Positions 1 to 8,960 of a stretch of 34,110 nucleotides of DNA are shown one piece after another. A program made the position numbers and the translations under genes. How positions within the stretch are numbered: position 1 is the first letter of the stretch; each line of letters starts with the position of its first letter. This DNA is from Oligoflexia bacterium (GTDB lineage Bacteria > Bdellovibrionota > UBA1018), in NCBI GenBank assembly GCA_043732485.1, contig JAYTHP010000107.1, positions 1-34,110 on the forward strand, read 5' to 3'. A model generated the notes under the pieces. The model ran no database searches. It had not been told where the DNA came from and saw nothing but the letters and a program-made list of their open reading frames with translations.

Positions 1-2
1 GC

Positions 3-1844
3 CAGAGCCTGTTCGGTGCGAGCGATGTTAATGCGCTTACCGGTTTTCTCTTCCATCCACATGCGACCGCCGCCTGCCCCGCAACACATGCTGTCGTCGT
101 GGTTACTGGCCATTTCGGTGTGGGTGCTCGAGGGCAACGCTTTGAGTACTGCGCGTGGCTCGTCGTAGACCTGATTCCAGCGGCCTAAGTAACAGCTGTC
201 GTGGAAGGTGATGGTTTCATCCAGGGTCTTCGTCGGCTTGATCTTGCCTGAGGCAATCAATTGGGCAATGAACTGCGAGTGATGGTGTACTTCGTAATGG
301 CCACCAAAATCTTTATACTCGTTCTTAAGCGTATTAAAACAATGGGGACAAGCCGTGACAATCTTCTTGACCGCATAGCGATTGAGAGTCTCAATGTTTG
401 CTTTGGCAAGCGTCTGATACAAGTACTCGTTGCCGATGCGTCTTGCCGGGTCGCCGGTGCACTGCTCTTCCGTGCCTAAAATAGCAAACTTGACGCCAGC
501 TTTTTTCAAGAGACTGGCAAACGCTTTGAGGACCTTTTTGTTGCGATCGTCATAGGAACCGGCACAACCCACCCAAAGCAAGACTTCCACGCTGGGGGGG
601 CTTGCGGCCATCACCGGAATTTCCAGGCCTTCAGCCCAGCCCGCGCGATCGGCTGGACTAAAAGCCCAAGGCGAGCCGTTGTTTTCCATGTTGGTGAAAA
701 CCGACTGCACTTCGCTCGGGAAACGCGACTCCATCATGACGAGGTTACGGCGAATGTCGTAGATCTTATCCGTGTGCTCAATAAACACCGGGCAAGCAAT
801 TTCACAAGCGCGACAAGAGGTGCAAGCCCAAATCACCTCTTCGGTGACGTGCTCATCAATAATCGGGGTGATCTTGTCGTACTGACCCGCAAGCAGCGCA
901 CTTTTGTTGCGATAAAGGTTGTTTTTTAAGTCAATGATCAGCATCTTCGGCGACAGCGGCTTTTGGGTGTTGTAAGCCGGGCAAAGATCCTGACACCTGC
1001 CACACTCGGTGCAAGAGTAATAGTCGAGTGCAGCCTTCCAGCTTAAATCACTGACCTTGCCTGCGCCGTACTGGGTGACCTTCGGGTCATCAAACGAGAT
1101 CGGTTTCATGCCCTTGGCGCGCGGTAAGGTGCGAAAAAACGTGTTGGGTCCTGCCGCAAGCACGTGTAGATGCTTGGAGCTTGGAATGTAAGCGCCAAAG
1201 CCCAGCACAATCAGCATGTGGATCCATTTGAAGAAAATACCAGCGTCCGTGTTCTGGAGATCAGACAGGCGCAGCCAGCCTAAGAGTTGACTCACCCCGT
1301 TTGAAATCGGCATCGCTGCCTGGTACCAAGGGTGTTCGCCTAAGAGGTGGAAACCATTCATCAATAAAATCGAGATCATCAACGATCCCGTGAGGGTCAG
1401 AATGATCAAGGCGTCATGCGATTTTCCCAAGCCCTCAGGCCTGATCACTAGCCTGCGGTAAAAAGCATAGCCCACCGCCAATAACACGCCAAGCGTCATC
1501 ACGTCTTGCACCAGCACTAGGAGGGAGTAAGCAGCGTGACCGATGAATTGAAAGTTGGCAGGCGGGTAAAGGGTGGTGGCAAACTGCTCCAAAGTGCCGA
1601 CCGTGATGATCAAAAAGCCCCAGAAAATAATCGCATGCATGATGCCTGCCGTGCGTTTCTTGAGCACCGCCTTTTGACCAAAGACGTTGATGATGGTCGT
1701 GAAAATCCTGGCGCTCCAGTCGTTCATGCGCGGATCACTGCCTTGATGCTGTCGCATCATGTCAGTAAGGATTTTTAAGCGGTAAGAGGAATAGCCGAGA
1801 GCCACCGACGCCACCACCACAAAGGCCAGGGCTTGAGTGCTCAT
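3..1844 (-). CDS. fadF: Membrane-bound Fe-S oxidoreductase, FadF / ETF:quinone oxidoreductase-like (TM cytochrome-b-like N-terminus, 2x[4Fe-4S], CCG domains); 3' end runs off the window
   Basis: Translated by hand; absent from the ORF track because it is truncated. ATG at 1844 overlaps the etfA stop (ATGA). Starts [17 protein letters not shown], has the TM motif GIMHAIIFWGF, ferredoxin motifs CTECGRCQDLCP and CTSCRACEIACP, and CCG-domain motifs WVGCAGSYD, EQCTGDPARRIGNE, TACPHC, TFHDSCYLGR, CCGAGGG. Confidence 0.88.
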   Translation of the reverse strand, partial: MSTQALAFVVVASVALGYSSYRLKILTDMMRQHQGSDPRMNDWSARIFTTIINVFGQKAVLKKRTAGIMHAIIFWGFLIITVGTLEQFATTLYPPANFQFIGHAAYSLLVLVQDVMTLGVLLAVGYAFYRRLVIRPEGLGKSHDALIILTLTGSLMISILLMNGFHLLGEHPWYQAAMPISNGVSQLLGWLRLSDLQNTDAGIFFKWIHMLIVLGFGAYIPSSKHLHVLAAGPNTFFRTLPRAKGMKPISFDDPKVTQYGAGKVSDLSWKAALDYYSCTECGRCQDLCPAYNTQKPLSPKMLIIDLKNNLYRNKSALLAGQYDKITPIIDEHVTEEVIWACTSCRACEIACPVFIEHTDKIYDIRRNLVMMESRFPSEVQSVFTNMENNGSPWAFSPADRAGWAEGLEIPVMAASPPSVEVLLWVGCAGSYDDRNKKVLKAFASLLKKAGVKFAILGTEEQCTGDPARRIGNEYLYQTLAKANIETLNRYAVKKIVTACPHCFNTLKNEYKDFGGHYEVHHHSQFIAQLIASGKIKPTKTLDETITFHDSCYLGRWNQVYDEPRAVLKALPSSTHTEMASNHDDSMCCGAGGGRMWMEEKTGKRINIARTEQAL

Positions 1845-2830
1845 TCGTGCTCCTTGAGCTTCTTGAACTCTTCCTTCAGTAGTGGCACTAACGTGAAGAG
1901 GTCACCGACAATGCCGTAATCAGCGACTTGAAAAATCGGCGCTTCAGGGTCGGTATTAATTGCCACAATGATTTTTGAGGTTCGCATCCCTGCCAAGTGC
2001 TGGATGGCCCCACTAATGCCACATGCCAAGTACAAAGCCGGTGAGACCACCTTACCGGTTTGCCCCACTTGATCGCGGTGGGGTCGATAACCGGCGTCAA
2101 CAGCAGCTCGCGAAGCGCCTACCGCGGCACCTAAGATGTCAGCGAGTTCCTCGAGCGGTTTGAAGCCCTCGGCACTCTTGAGCGATCGCCCGCCTGAAAC
2201 CACAATCGCGGCTTCCGTCACATCCGGTCGACCGGTGGCCCCTTGCGTCACCTCTAAAACCTTCAGTTTCGGAGCGCTAAAGGTCGGTGTGGGAGTAAAG
2301 GCTTGGGTCGGCGATAAGGTGGTCTGGATTTTTGGAGCCCCGAGCGCGTTGGGGCGTACGGTGAGCATTTTAATCGCCTGCTCACTCACAAACTCAACTT
2401 CTGCGGTGGCTTTTCCTGAGTAAACCGGTCGTCGCGCTTTCAGCACGCCACCTGCGGCCATGCTCACTTCCGTGCAATCACTGGCGAGACCGACTTGCAG
2501 GCGTGCAGCAAGAACCGGGGCAAAGTCACGACCCATGGGGCTGTGGCTGGCCAGAATGATTTGCGGACCCAGCGCTTGCACCACAGGGAGCAAGGCCTCG
2601 CAGTAGGCTTGCGACGTGTAAAACTTTAACGCTGGGTGATCGATGGTATGAATCTGTTTGGCGCCATAGCAGGCGAGATCCTGGCCAAGCGCCGTGATTC
2701 CTTCGCCCAGCAACACCACGTGGACTTCGTGATCGCTGGAGGCCGCCGCAGCCGCACCGATTAACTCAAAACTTGCCTTCTTGAGACGCAAGTCGCGCTG
2801 TTCTGCAATGACTAAAATTTTTGTTGCCAC
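1841..2830 (-). CDS. etfA: Electron transfer flavoprotein alpha subunit
   Basis: Motifs [55 protein letters not shown] start directly after the etfB stop. Confidence 0.96.
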   Translation of the reverse strand: MATKILVIAEQRDLRLKKASFELIGAAAAASSDHEVHVVLLGEGITALGQDLACYGAKQIHTIDHPALKFYTSQAYCEALLPVVQALGPQIILASHSPMGRDFAPVLAARLQVGLASDCTEVSMAAGGVLKARRPVYSGKATAEVEFVSEQAIKMLTVRPNALGAPKIQTTLSPTQAFTPTPTFSAPKLKVLEVTQGATGRPDVTEAAIVVSGGRSLKSAEGFKPLEELADILGAAVGASRAAVDAGYRPHRDQVGQTGKVVSPALYLACGISGAIQHLAGMRTSKIIVAINTDPEAPIFQVADYGIVGDLFTLVPLLKEEFKKLKEHE

Positions 2831-3607
2831 TTAGACCACCTTTGCTTCCTGGTTTAACAGTCGAACCAATTCTTTTGCCTGTTCGGCGGGTTGTCCCGTC
2901 AATTTCTTGCCTGCAGCCTTAGCAGGCGGCAATTGAAAGTTTTTAAAACGAAGCTTCTGCTGTCCTTCCGTCAAGCCAAAATCGGCGAGCTTAAACGTCT
3001 GGATCTCGATTTTCTTAGCGCGAATAATGTTCGGCATGGTTGAAAAACGAGGCTCATTGAGCCCCTTTTGCGCGGCGAGCACCAACGGTAACTGGGCTTC
3101 AATCACTTCTAAGGATCCGCCTTCAATCTCGCGCTTGACTTTCACTTGCGTCGCAGACAACCACTCCACCCCCAAAACCACGGTAACGTGGGGAAAGCCT
3201 AAGAATTCTGCAATTAATTGCGTGACTTGGGCTGCTCCATCATCAATGGCTTCCTTGCCGGTAAAGACTAGATCCACTTGCGGCTCTTTCTTTAAGTAGC
3301 CTGCAAGGGCTTGAGCCGTGAGAAAAGAATCAGCAGTCTCAGGTAGCTCAATGCGCACACCGCGATCGGCTCCTTTGGTGAGCCCCGAGCGAATCGCTTC
3401 GGTGACTCGCTCTGGTCCGGCAGAGATAAGGGTCACCACGCTACCTGGGTTTTTATCACGAATCCGCAAGGCTTCTTCGATTGCCAACTCATCAAAAGGA
3501 GAAATAATCCATTTAATATCACTGATGTCGATACCGCTTTGATCAGCTTTTAGCTTAATTTTCGTCTCAGTAACCGGGGTTTGCTTGATGGCAACATAAA
3601 TGTTCAT
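2831..3607 (-). CDS. etfB: Electron transfer flavoprotein beta subunit
   Basis: Motifs MNIYVAIKQTP, SPFDELAIEEAL, GADRG, FTGKEAIDD, REIEGG, GLNEPR. Confidence 0.95.
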   Translation of the reverse strand: MNIYVAIKQTPVTETKIKLKADQSGIDISDIKWIISPFDELAIEEALRIRDKNPGSVVTLISAGPERVTEAIRSGLTKGADRGVRIELPETADSFLTAQALAGYLKKEPQVDLVFTGKEAIDDGAAQVTQLIAEFLGFPHVTVVLGVEWLSATQVKVKREIEGGSLEVIEAQLPLVLAAQKGLNEPRFSTMPNIIRAKKIEIQTFKLADFGLTEGQQKLRFKNFQLPPAKAAGKKLTGQPAEQAKELVRLLNQEAKVV

Positions 3608-3616
3608 AGTCTTTTA

Positions 3617-3646
3617 GTTATAACGGCTGGAGGGGGAGGGTTGCAA
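3617..3646 (-). promoter_or_regulatory. Putative sigma70 promoter of etfB-etfA-fadF (near-leaderless)
   Basis: Minus strand TTGCAA-N18-TATAAC ending 9 nt before the etfB ATG; no SD motif between. Confidence 0.55.
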
Positions 3647-3888
3647 TGGTTTTTTTGAGGCTCTGCGTGAAAATGGGTAAGAGGAAAGCGGTAGGGGGGG
3701 AAAGGTGGGAAGGCGTGGGCAGCAAAAGTGGGTGAGTTCCAAGCGTGAGAGTCAGGTAAGCAGGGTGCGCCTAGCAAAGACGCAGTCAAGCAAGTGGGCG
3801 CGAGCGTGTCAGGAAAATGACGCGAACCGATCCCACTGCCGCTGAGGGCGTGCTCCGTTCATGGTCATGCCCAGGTGGTCAGCCTGCG

Positions 3889-4137
3889 TTAGGTGGGGGG
3901 CGAGGAGGAGGAGGAGGGGGAGGGCGCCGTTTCTGGCGGAAAGCGTTGAAAGTGCGGATCGCCGCGCAGTTCCGGCGGAAGCAGCAGGGGGTGTGGCGGA
4001 CGTTTCACGCCACAACCGGCGGCGGCGGCGGTGAGGGTGAGCGCACGGAAGAGGAGCAAGAAAAAGGCCGGAGCTTGAGCTCGGAGTGTACGGAGCGTCA
4101 GGGATCGCTCCATGAATCGCTCCATGAATCGCTCCAT
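3889..4137 (-). CDS. Small lipoprotein with a CGxKxP lipid-attachment motif (LptM/YifL-like)
   Basis: Part of ORF 3889..4287. Hydrophobic stretch AFFLLLFRALTLTAAAAG-C followed by GVKRPPHPLLLPP, resembling the CGxKGPL(Y)LP motif of small lipoproteins. Three in-frame ATGs (4137/4125/4113) come from a 12-bp repeat. Confidence 0.55.
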   Translation of the reverse strand: MERFMERFMERSLTLRTLRAQAPAFFLLLFRALTLTAAAAGCGVKRPPHPLLLPPELRGDPHFQRFPPETAPSPSSSSSPPT

Positions 4138-4139
4138 GA
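4104..4139. repeat. Perfect 12-bp tandem repeat x3 (ATCGCTCCATGA)
   Basis: Read directly; encodes MERF-MERF-MERS on the minus strand. Confidence 0.9.
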
Positions 4140-4283
4140 GACTCTGGATCCAGTGAGGTGTTTTCAGTCTGGGTTGCATCGAGAGTGGCCAGTCTTTCTC
4201 CCTCCCCGGGTGTGCGCGTGGGGGAGGGGGGGGTGGTGTTGGGTTCGGTTTGCGACGCGGGGATAGGGTTGCTCGGTTTTTGC

Positions 4284-5129
4284 TCAAAAAATGAACGCCA
4301 AATTGAGGGTCATCGCCTCATAGCCGATATCCCCGCGCAGATTCCAGGTCGGGCCGAGCTGATAGAAAAAACCAGCACCTGCGGCCGGTAAAAAGGTTTG
4401 TAAATTGCTCACCAGGGTGCTTGAGCCGTTATTGCTGCTCAGCACCGTGCCTTTGATCATGCCGCCATAAAAAAATACGCTCACCTCCCGGGAAAACTGC
4501 ACGGTGTAGCGTAGCGCTCCCAACCAGCTGATCAAGTTATAAGCATCCGTGGTGGCGGCAAACGACAGGGTACGGTAAAAAAAGACCGAGCCCTCAAGCG
4601 TGAGTGCGTCTTGTAGGCTGGCTTCTTGTAACAGTAAGAGATGAGCTAAATCATAGCTATAGCGCAGATTAAAAGCGACAAAATAGGTCGTGCCTCCTAC
4701 CGTCGGAGGGGCGCTGTTGCGCACGCCGCCTAGTCCAAAACTCACACTTTGATGATAGGTGTTGAGCTCCTCAAATTCCTCGAGCACGGCGCTTTGCTCA
4801 GAAAGCGTGGTATTTTCCAAGGAGCTTGGGTCGTTGCCGTCGCCGCCTGGTTTCTGAGGGGCGTCCAGGTCCGGGTCTTGCGCCGCAATCGTCGCAGGAG
4901 CAGTAGAAGTAGAGGAGGCAGCGCCGTCGCCGTCTAGTTCTGGATCGTGGGCCTGAACCACGGGCGCCTGAGAAGGGTGTGGAGGGGGGGAAGGAGGAGG
5001 GTTTGTTGTTGCTGCTAAAGCGCGGGTGGCGGTGGGGAGTTGCCAGAGTAAGAGCGTGAGAAAGAGGGGGAAAGGTAAGGGTGATCTGCGGGTTTGATTG
5101 ACTTTGAGGAGCCGTTTCGGTTTGATCAA
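4284..5129 (-). CDS. Outer membrane beta-barrel protein with Pro/acidic N-terminal linker
   Basis: The ORF extends to 5309. The signal-like segment ...PLFLTLLLWQLPTATRALA fits a start near TTG 5129 (ATG 5231 is an alternative). The C-terminal ~155 aa show alternating amphipathic beta strands and end in LNLAFIF (terminal Phe, BAM signal). Confidence 0.7.
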   Translation of the reverse strand: MIKPKRLLKVNQTRRSPLPFPLFLTLLLWQLPTATRALAATTNPPPSPPPHPSQAPVVQAHDPELDGDGAASSTSTAPATIAAQDPDLDAPQKPGGDGNDPSSLENTTLSEQSAVLEEFEELNTYHQSVSFGLGGVRNSAPPTVGGTTYFVAFNLRYSYDLAHLLLLQEASLQDALTLEGSVFFYRTLSFAATTDAYNLISWLGALRYTVQFSREVSVFFYGGMIKGTVLSSNNGSSTLVSNLQTFLPAAGAGFFYQLGPTWNLRGDIGYEAMTLNLAFIF

Positions 5130-5161
5130 GAAGGAGGAGGGGAAAACAGAAACGAGGACCC

Positions 5162-6295
5162 ATGCGAGAACAGCAGCCAATGAGCTCCGATACAAAGTAT
5201 TCTCCTGCTCGCCCGTGGTCTTTTGCTTCATTGTTGTTTCCTGCGTCGGTTCCCGCGTCGGTCCTGGTGGGGGTTCTTGCCTGGGCCTGGCTGTTGTTGG
5301 GGGAAGCAATCATCCGTCCTCATTGCGCTTATTCAACCTCATCTGAGGAGGCGAGTCAACTCATTCAAAAAGGGAAATGGGGGGAAGCGCTTCAGCTGTT
5401 AAGGTTCTTGCGCAAAGCGGAGCCGCAGCGCTGGTCTTTGGCCTCTGACACGGCGCTGGCCGAGCTGCATTTGAACCACCGGGCGGAGGCTTTTGCTGTG
5501 CTCAAACAGCTCAGCGGGTTGACAGGGGGTGGCGTAAGTGGTGCTCTGGTGCAGAAGGAAATCCAGCAGCACCAGCAACGGGTCTTGCGCAGTTTTTTGT
5601 TAAACCGCACGCAACAGGACTTCCAAAGCGGGCTCAGCTTCATGCTTGCCAAGAAGTGGTCGCTTGCCATTGAGCAGTTTCGTCGCGCTCAGCTTGCAGA
5701 GCCTGATAATTTAGAAGTCGCCTTGCGGCTTGCCCAAGCTTGGCTTGCGGTGAGCGCCATCCAGCCTGCCCTTGATCTCTTGGGGGTCTTTGAGAGTTGG
5801 GGCTTAGAAGAGCCTGATTGGGAACTTTGGTTCGGTTACGCGCTCTTGCTGGCCCACCGTCCGCTTGAGGCAAGCGTACGACTTAAAAAAGCCTCCGCCC
5901 TCCTCCCTGAGAGCGAGCTTGCAGCCGTCTGGCTCAGTGAGGCACTCTTGCGTCAGGGTAACCTCGCTCAAAGTCTTCAGGTCCTTGAGGCCCATCACCA
6001 CGCTCATCCCTGTCATTTAGCGGCCCTCTTGCGGGCCACCCAGCTCCTCTTGGGGACGCCTGCCTCAGGCCTCAAATCTACCCTGTTATGGCAAGCCAAA
6101 CGCAACTATCAGCTCATTCTCAGCCGTTTGCCTGCTTACCAAGCCGAGGCCCTGGAGCAGGGATCTCAAAGAAGCGAGTCGCCGCTGCTGTTTGATTGGC
6201 TCGGCTCAAGCGCAGAGCTTGCGAAAGCCGCCCACTCTGGTTTGGAGCAAGTCGAGCGCCGTATTGCCGAGCTTAGCGCTGGGCAAGCGGGGTGA
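5162..6295 (+). CDS. Tetratricopeptide-repeat protein with N-terminal TM/signal segment
   Basis: TPR-like helices (GKWGEALQLLR, KKWSLAIEQFRRAQLAEPDN, ASVRLKKASALLPES, GNLAQSLQVLE); hydrophobic N-terminus. 3' end overlaps the convergent citrate synthase gene by 23 bp. Confidence 0.75.
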   Translation: MREQQPMSSDTKYSPARPWSFASLLFPASVPASVLVGVLAWAWLLLGEAIIRPHCAYSTSSEEASQLIQKGKWGEALQLLRFLRKAEPQRWSLASDTALAELHLNHRAEAFAVLKQLSGLTGGGVSGALVQKEIQQHQQRVLRSFLLNRTQQDFQSGLSFMLAKKWSLAIEQFRRAQLAEPDNLEVALRLAQAWLAVSAIQPALDLLGVFESWGLEEPDWELWFGYALLLAHRPLEASVRLKKASALLPESELAAVWLSEALLRQGNLAQSLQVLEAHHHAHPCHLAALLRATQLLLGTPASGLKSTLLWQAKRNYQLILSRLPAYQAEALEQGSQRSESPLLFDWLGSSAELAKAAHSGLEQVERRIAELSAGQAG

Positions 6296-7424
6296 TTTTC
6301 AAGTCGGTGGGGCCCGTGTAAAAGGCTCGAGGGCGGTAAATGCGGTTATGGGCGTATTGCTCGATGATTTGAGCCGTCCAGCCGGTCACCCGACTCATCA
6401 CAAAAATCGGGGTGAAGTCCTTCGGTCTTAAGCCCAAGGCGGTGTAGACCAAACCGCTGTAAAAGTCGACGTTGGGCATCAGGCCCTTTTTCGCTTCCAT
6501 TTGTTCCTGGATTTTAACCAGCATGCGGTGATAATCTTCTAAGCCGGCATTTTTACAGACCTTTAAGGAGAGTTCTTTTAAAATCTTGGCCCGCGGATCG
6601 CCGTTCTTGTAAACGCGGTGACCGATCCCCATCACTTTCTTTTTTGCCGACAAGGCGTCGGCAATAAAAGCATCGACTTGATCCCAAGAGCCGATGTCTT
6701 TGAGCATCAACATGACTTGTTCGTTGGCGCCACCATGCAGCGGCCCCTTTAAGGAGCCAATAGCGGCAGTAATAGCGCTATAATAATCACTTTGCGTCGA
6801 AGCCACCGTGCGGGCAGTGAAAGTCGAGGCGTTGAGTTCGTGATCGGCATGCAAGACTAAGGCGGTGTCAAAGAGATGGGTCTCGGCCTCCGTGGGCGCC
6901 TTGGCCCGCATCATCTTAAGAAAGTTCCAGGCCAGCGATTGCTCAGGCTCAGCGCCAACCAGCGGCAAATGCTGCTCAAAGCGGGTGATGGCCGCAATCA
7001 TCGGCCCTAAGGCTGCCGTCAAACGCAGAGCTTTGGCTTTCACGCTTTCAGGCGAACAATTCTCAGCCTGAGGATCGCTTAAGCCAAACGCAGAGACCAC
7101 GGTGCGTAATTTCGCCATGGCGTGCCCCCCTGTATGCGCCACCTGCTCACAGAGTTGCAAAATTTCAGGCGAAAGGGTAGCAGATTTCCCGAGTTGCTGG
7201 CGGAAGCTTGCCAGTTCCGCCGTGTTGGGTAAGCGACCTTCCCAGAGTAAAAAAATCACCTCTTCAAAACTACACTGGGCTGCCAGATCCTCGATAGTAT
7301 AGCCACGAAACAACAAGGTGGCATCATGAATCGTGCTCACTTCACTGGTGCAAGCAATAATGTTTTCTAACCCCTTGTTGGCAGTTTCAGGAATAATAAC
7401 GGTGGTGGCTGGCATGGTGATCAT
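6273..7424 (-). CDS. gltA: Citrate synthase (short type I; 2-methylcitrate synthase not excluded)
   Basis: Motifs KGLENIIA, LHADHELNASTF, LKGPLHGGANE, MGIGHRVYKNGDPRA, PNVDFYSG. Probable start ATG 7424 or 7415. Confidence 0.9.
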   Translation of the reverse strand: MITMPATTVIIPETANKGLENIIACTSEVSTIHDATLLFRGYTIEDLAAQCSFEEVIFLLWEGRLPNTAELASFRQQLGKSATLSPEILQLCEQVAHTGGHAMAKLRTVVSAFGLSDPQAENCSPESVKAKALRLTAALGPMIAAITRFEQHLPLVGAEPEQSLAWNFLKMMRAKAPTEAETHLFDTALVLHADHELNASTFTARTVASTQSDYYSAITAAIGSLKGPLHGGANEQVMLMLKDIGSWDQVDAFIADALSAKKKVMGIGHRVYKNGDPRAKILKELSLKVCKNAGLEDYHRMLVKIQEQMEAKKGLMPNVDFYSGLVYTALGLRPKDFTPIFVMSRVTGWTAQIIEQYAHNRIYRPRAFYTGPTDLKITPLAQR

Positions 7425-8009
7425 AAAAACAAAACCCTTTCTTTCATCAAGGCATCGATGGCAAACCATCAAGCCTCAGCCAAGCAGTTTGTTACTTGGC
7501 GTTATTTTTAATAGGCGAGAGCTGGCAGTCTCAGTTTTTTTCGCAATGGGCTCCCAACCGGACATTTTTCGCTGGTGAGTGATCACTTCGGTGCAACTTG
7601 CTGCGCGCATCTTGCACGTTTTAGGCGCTGCACTTTTTCAGCAAACACCCCACTCACCCTCAGAGGCAGGCACAGTCCTCTTGTCTTACGAGTTTTACAG
7701 TTTTTCGCGCACCTGGCCAGCTGGGTCATGAGAGACCGTGTGTCGCTCAGGGTGTGTGGGCTGTCAAAGATTCACCCGCACTCTTTTGAGAGAGTTGACG
7801 ACGCGACCTCAAAAGAGGTCACCTCTCAAGAGCTCTTTTTGGGTCCCCGCAAGCTGGGTCGGGTCCGTTTGCCTCAACGTGCACTTTTTGAGGCTGCCGC
7901 TAGAGAGAGCAATTATTTTTAAAACCAGGGGGGGTTTTTTCTGTAAAAACTGTGCTTTGATCTTACCTAGGCGTGGACAAAAATGGAAGCAAAGAAAGGA
8001 TGGATCGGG

Positions 8010-8636
8010 ATGGATTTAAAAGAATTGGAAGGCTTTTTCGTGATTGCAGGAAATATTGGGGCTGGAAAAAGCACCCTCGCTCGCTTACTCGCAGAGCGGC
8101 TGAATTACGAGCCTTACTTCGAGCGGGTGCAAGGCAATCCTTACCTAGATGATTTTTACCGCGACATGAAGCGCTGGGGGTTCCCCTTGCAGATTTACTT
8201 TCTAAGCCACCGCTTTGAGATGCATCAGGTGATTCAAAGGCAAAAGCGCGGCGCGATTCAAGACCGCAGTATCTATGAGGATATTCATGTGTTTTCCAAA
8301 AATTTACTGCAATCAGGGTTGTTTGAGGCTAGGGATTACGAGACCTATCAGCAGTTGGCGCAAGCGCTTTTGGCGACCTTACGGCCCCCACAATTGCTGA
8401 TTTACCTGCAAAAATCAGTTGGGACCTTACAAAAAAAGATCCAAGAGCGAGGGCGGAGTTTTGAGCAGGCGATGCCGGTAACGTATTTAGAGTCGTTGGA
8501 TCAGTTGTATCAAGACTGGGTGACGCAGTATCCCGGGCGGAAGCTGGTGGTGGCAAGCGATCATCTTGATTTTCTGCATGAGCCCAAGCATTTAGAGGGG
8601 TTATTGGAGCAAATTGCAGCGGCGCTGAAGCGCTGA
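8010..8636 (+). CDS. Deoxynucleoside kinase (dCK/dGK family)
   Basis: P-loop AGNIGAGKST, NPYLDDFY, LQIYFL, QDRSIYED, lid motif IQERGRSFE. Alternative start at 7983. Confidence 0.92.
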   Translation: MDLKELEGFFVIAGNIGAGKSTLARLLAERLNYEPYFERVQGNPYLDDFYRDMKRWGFPLQIYFLSHRFEMHQVIQRQKRGAIQDRSIYEDIHVFSKNLLQSGLFEARDYETYQQLAQALLATLRPPQLLIYLQKSVGTLQKKIQERGRSFEQAMPVTYLESLDQLYQDWVTQYPGRKLVVASDHLDFLHEPKHLEGLLEQIAAALKR

Positions 8637-8914
8637 AGGGGGCGCAAAGGGGCAAAAAAAGAGCAAACAGGCACAAAAAGGGGGTAAAAAAGAGGAGTAA
8701 AAAGTAGAAACAGACCCCCCTCCCCCTTTCTTCTTCTCCTCTCGCTTTGTTCTCACGCGCTCTTTTTTTCTCTCTTTTCAAGTCAAGCGCGTACAGGTGG
8801 AGGGGGGGGCGTGGGGTGGGTCTGATTTGGCACCTGCCTGAGCGTAAAGGGTTTTTTTTGGGGGGGGGGAGGAGAACGAACGGTTTCTAAGGACAAGCGG
8901 TGAGAAAAAAAGAG

Positions 8915-8940
8915 TAAAGGTTTTCGGGGAAGTTGACGAC
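8915..8940 (+). promoter_or_regulatory. Candidate sigma28 (FliA)-type promoter of the LysM lipoprotein gene
   Basis: TAAAG-N15-GACGAC ending 20 nt before the ATG; GAGGA SD in between. Confidence 0.4.
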
Positions 8941-8960
8941 ACATCTTAGAGGATTAAGAT

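Noticed and set aside
261..1778. Plus-strand ORFs 261-479 and 1536-1778, and the many other short antisense ORFs in the track (e.g. 2136-2423, 9113-9472, 28156-30291, 32963-33445)
   Set aside because: They are shadows of well-supported genes on the opposite strand, with no recognisable motifs.
4104..4139. Short direct-repeat arrays (also 30949-30984) as possible CRISPR
   Set aside because: Contiguous 12-bp units with no spacers and no cas genes.
7575..8019. ORFs 7575-7922 and 7738-8019, and 8329-8781 on the minus strand
   Set aside because: No motifs, atypical composition, and overlap with regulatory or low-complexity DNA.
8826..8843. TTTGGCAC as a sigma54 -24 box upstream of the LysM gene
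   Set aside because: The GC of the -12 element is one base out of the strict GG-N10-GC spacing.
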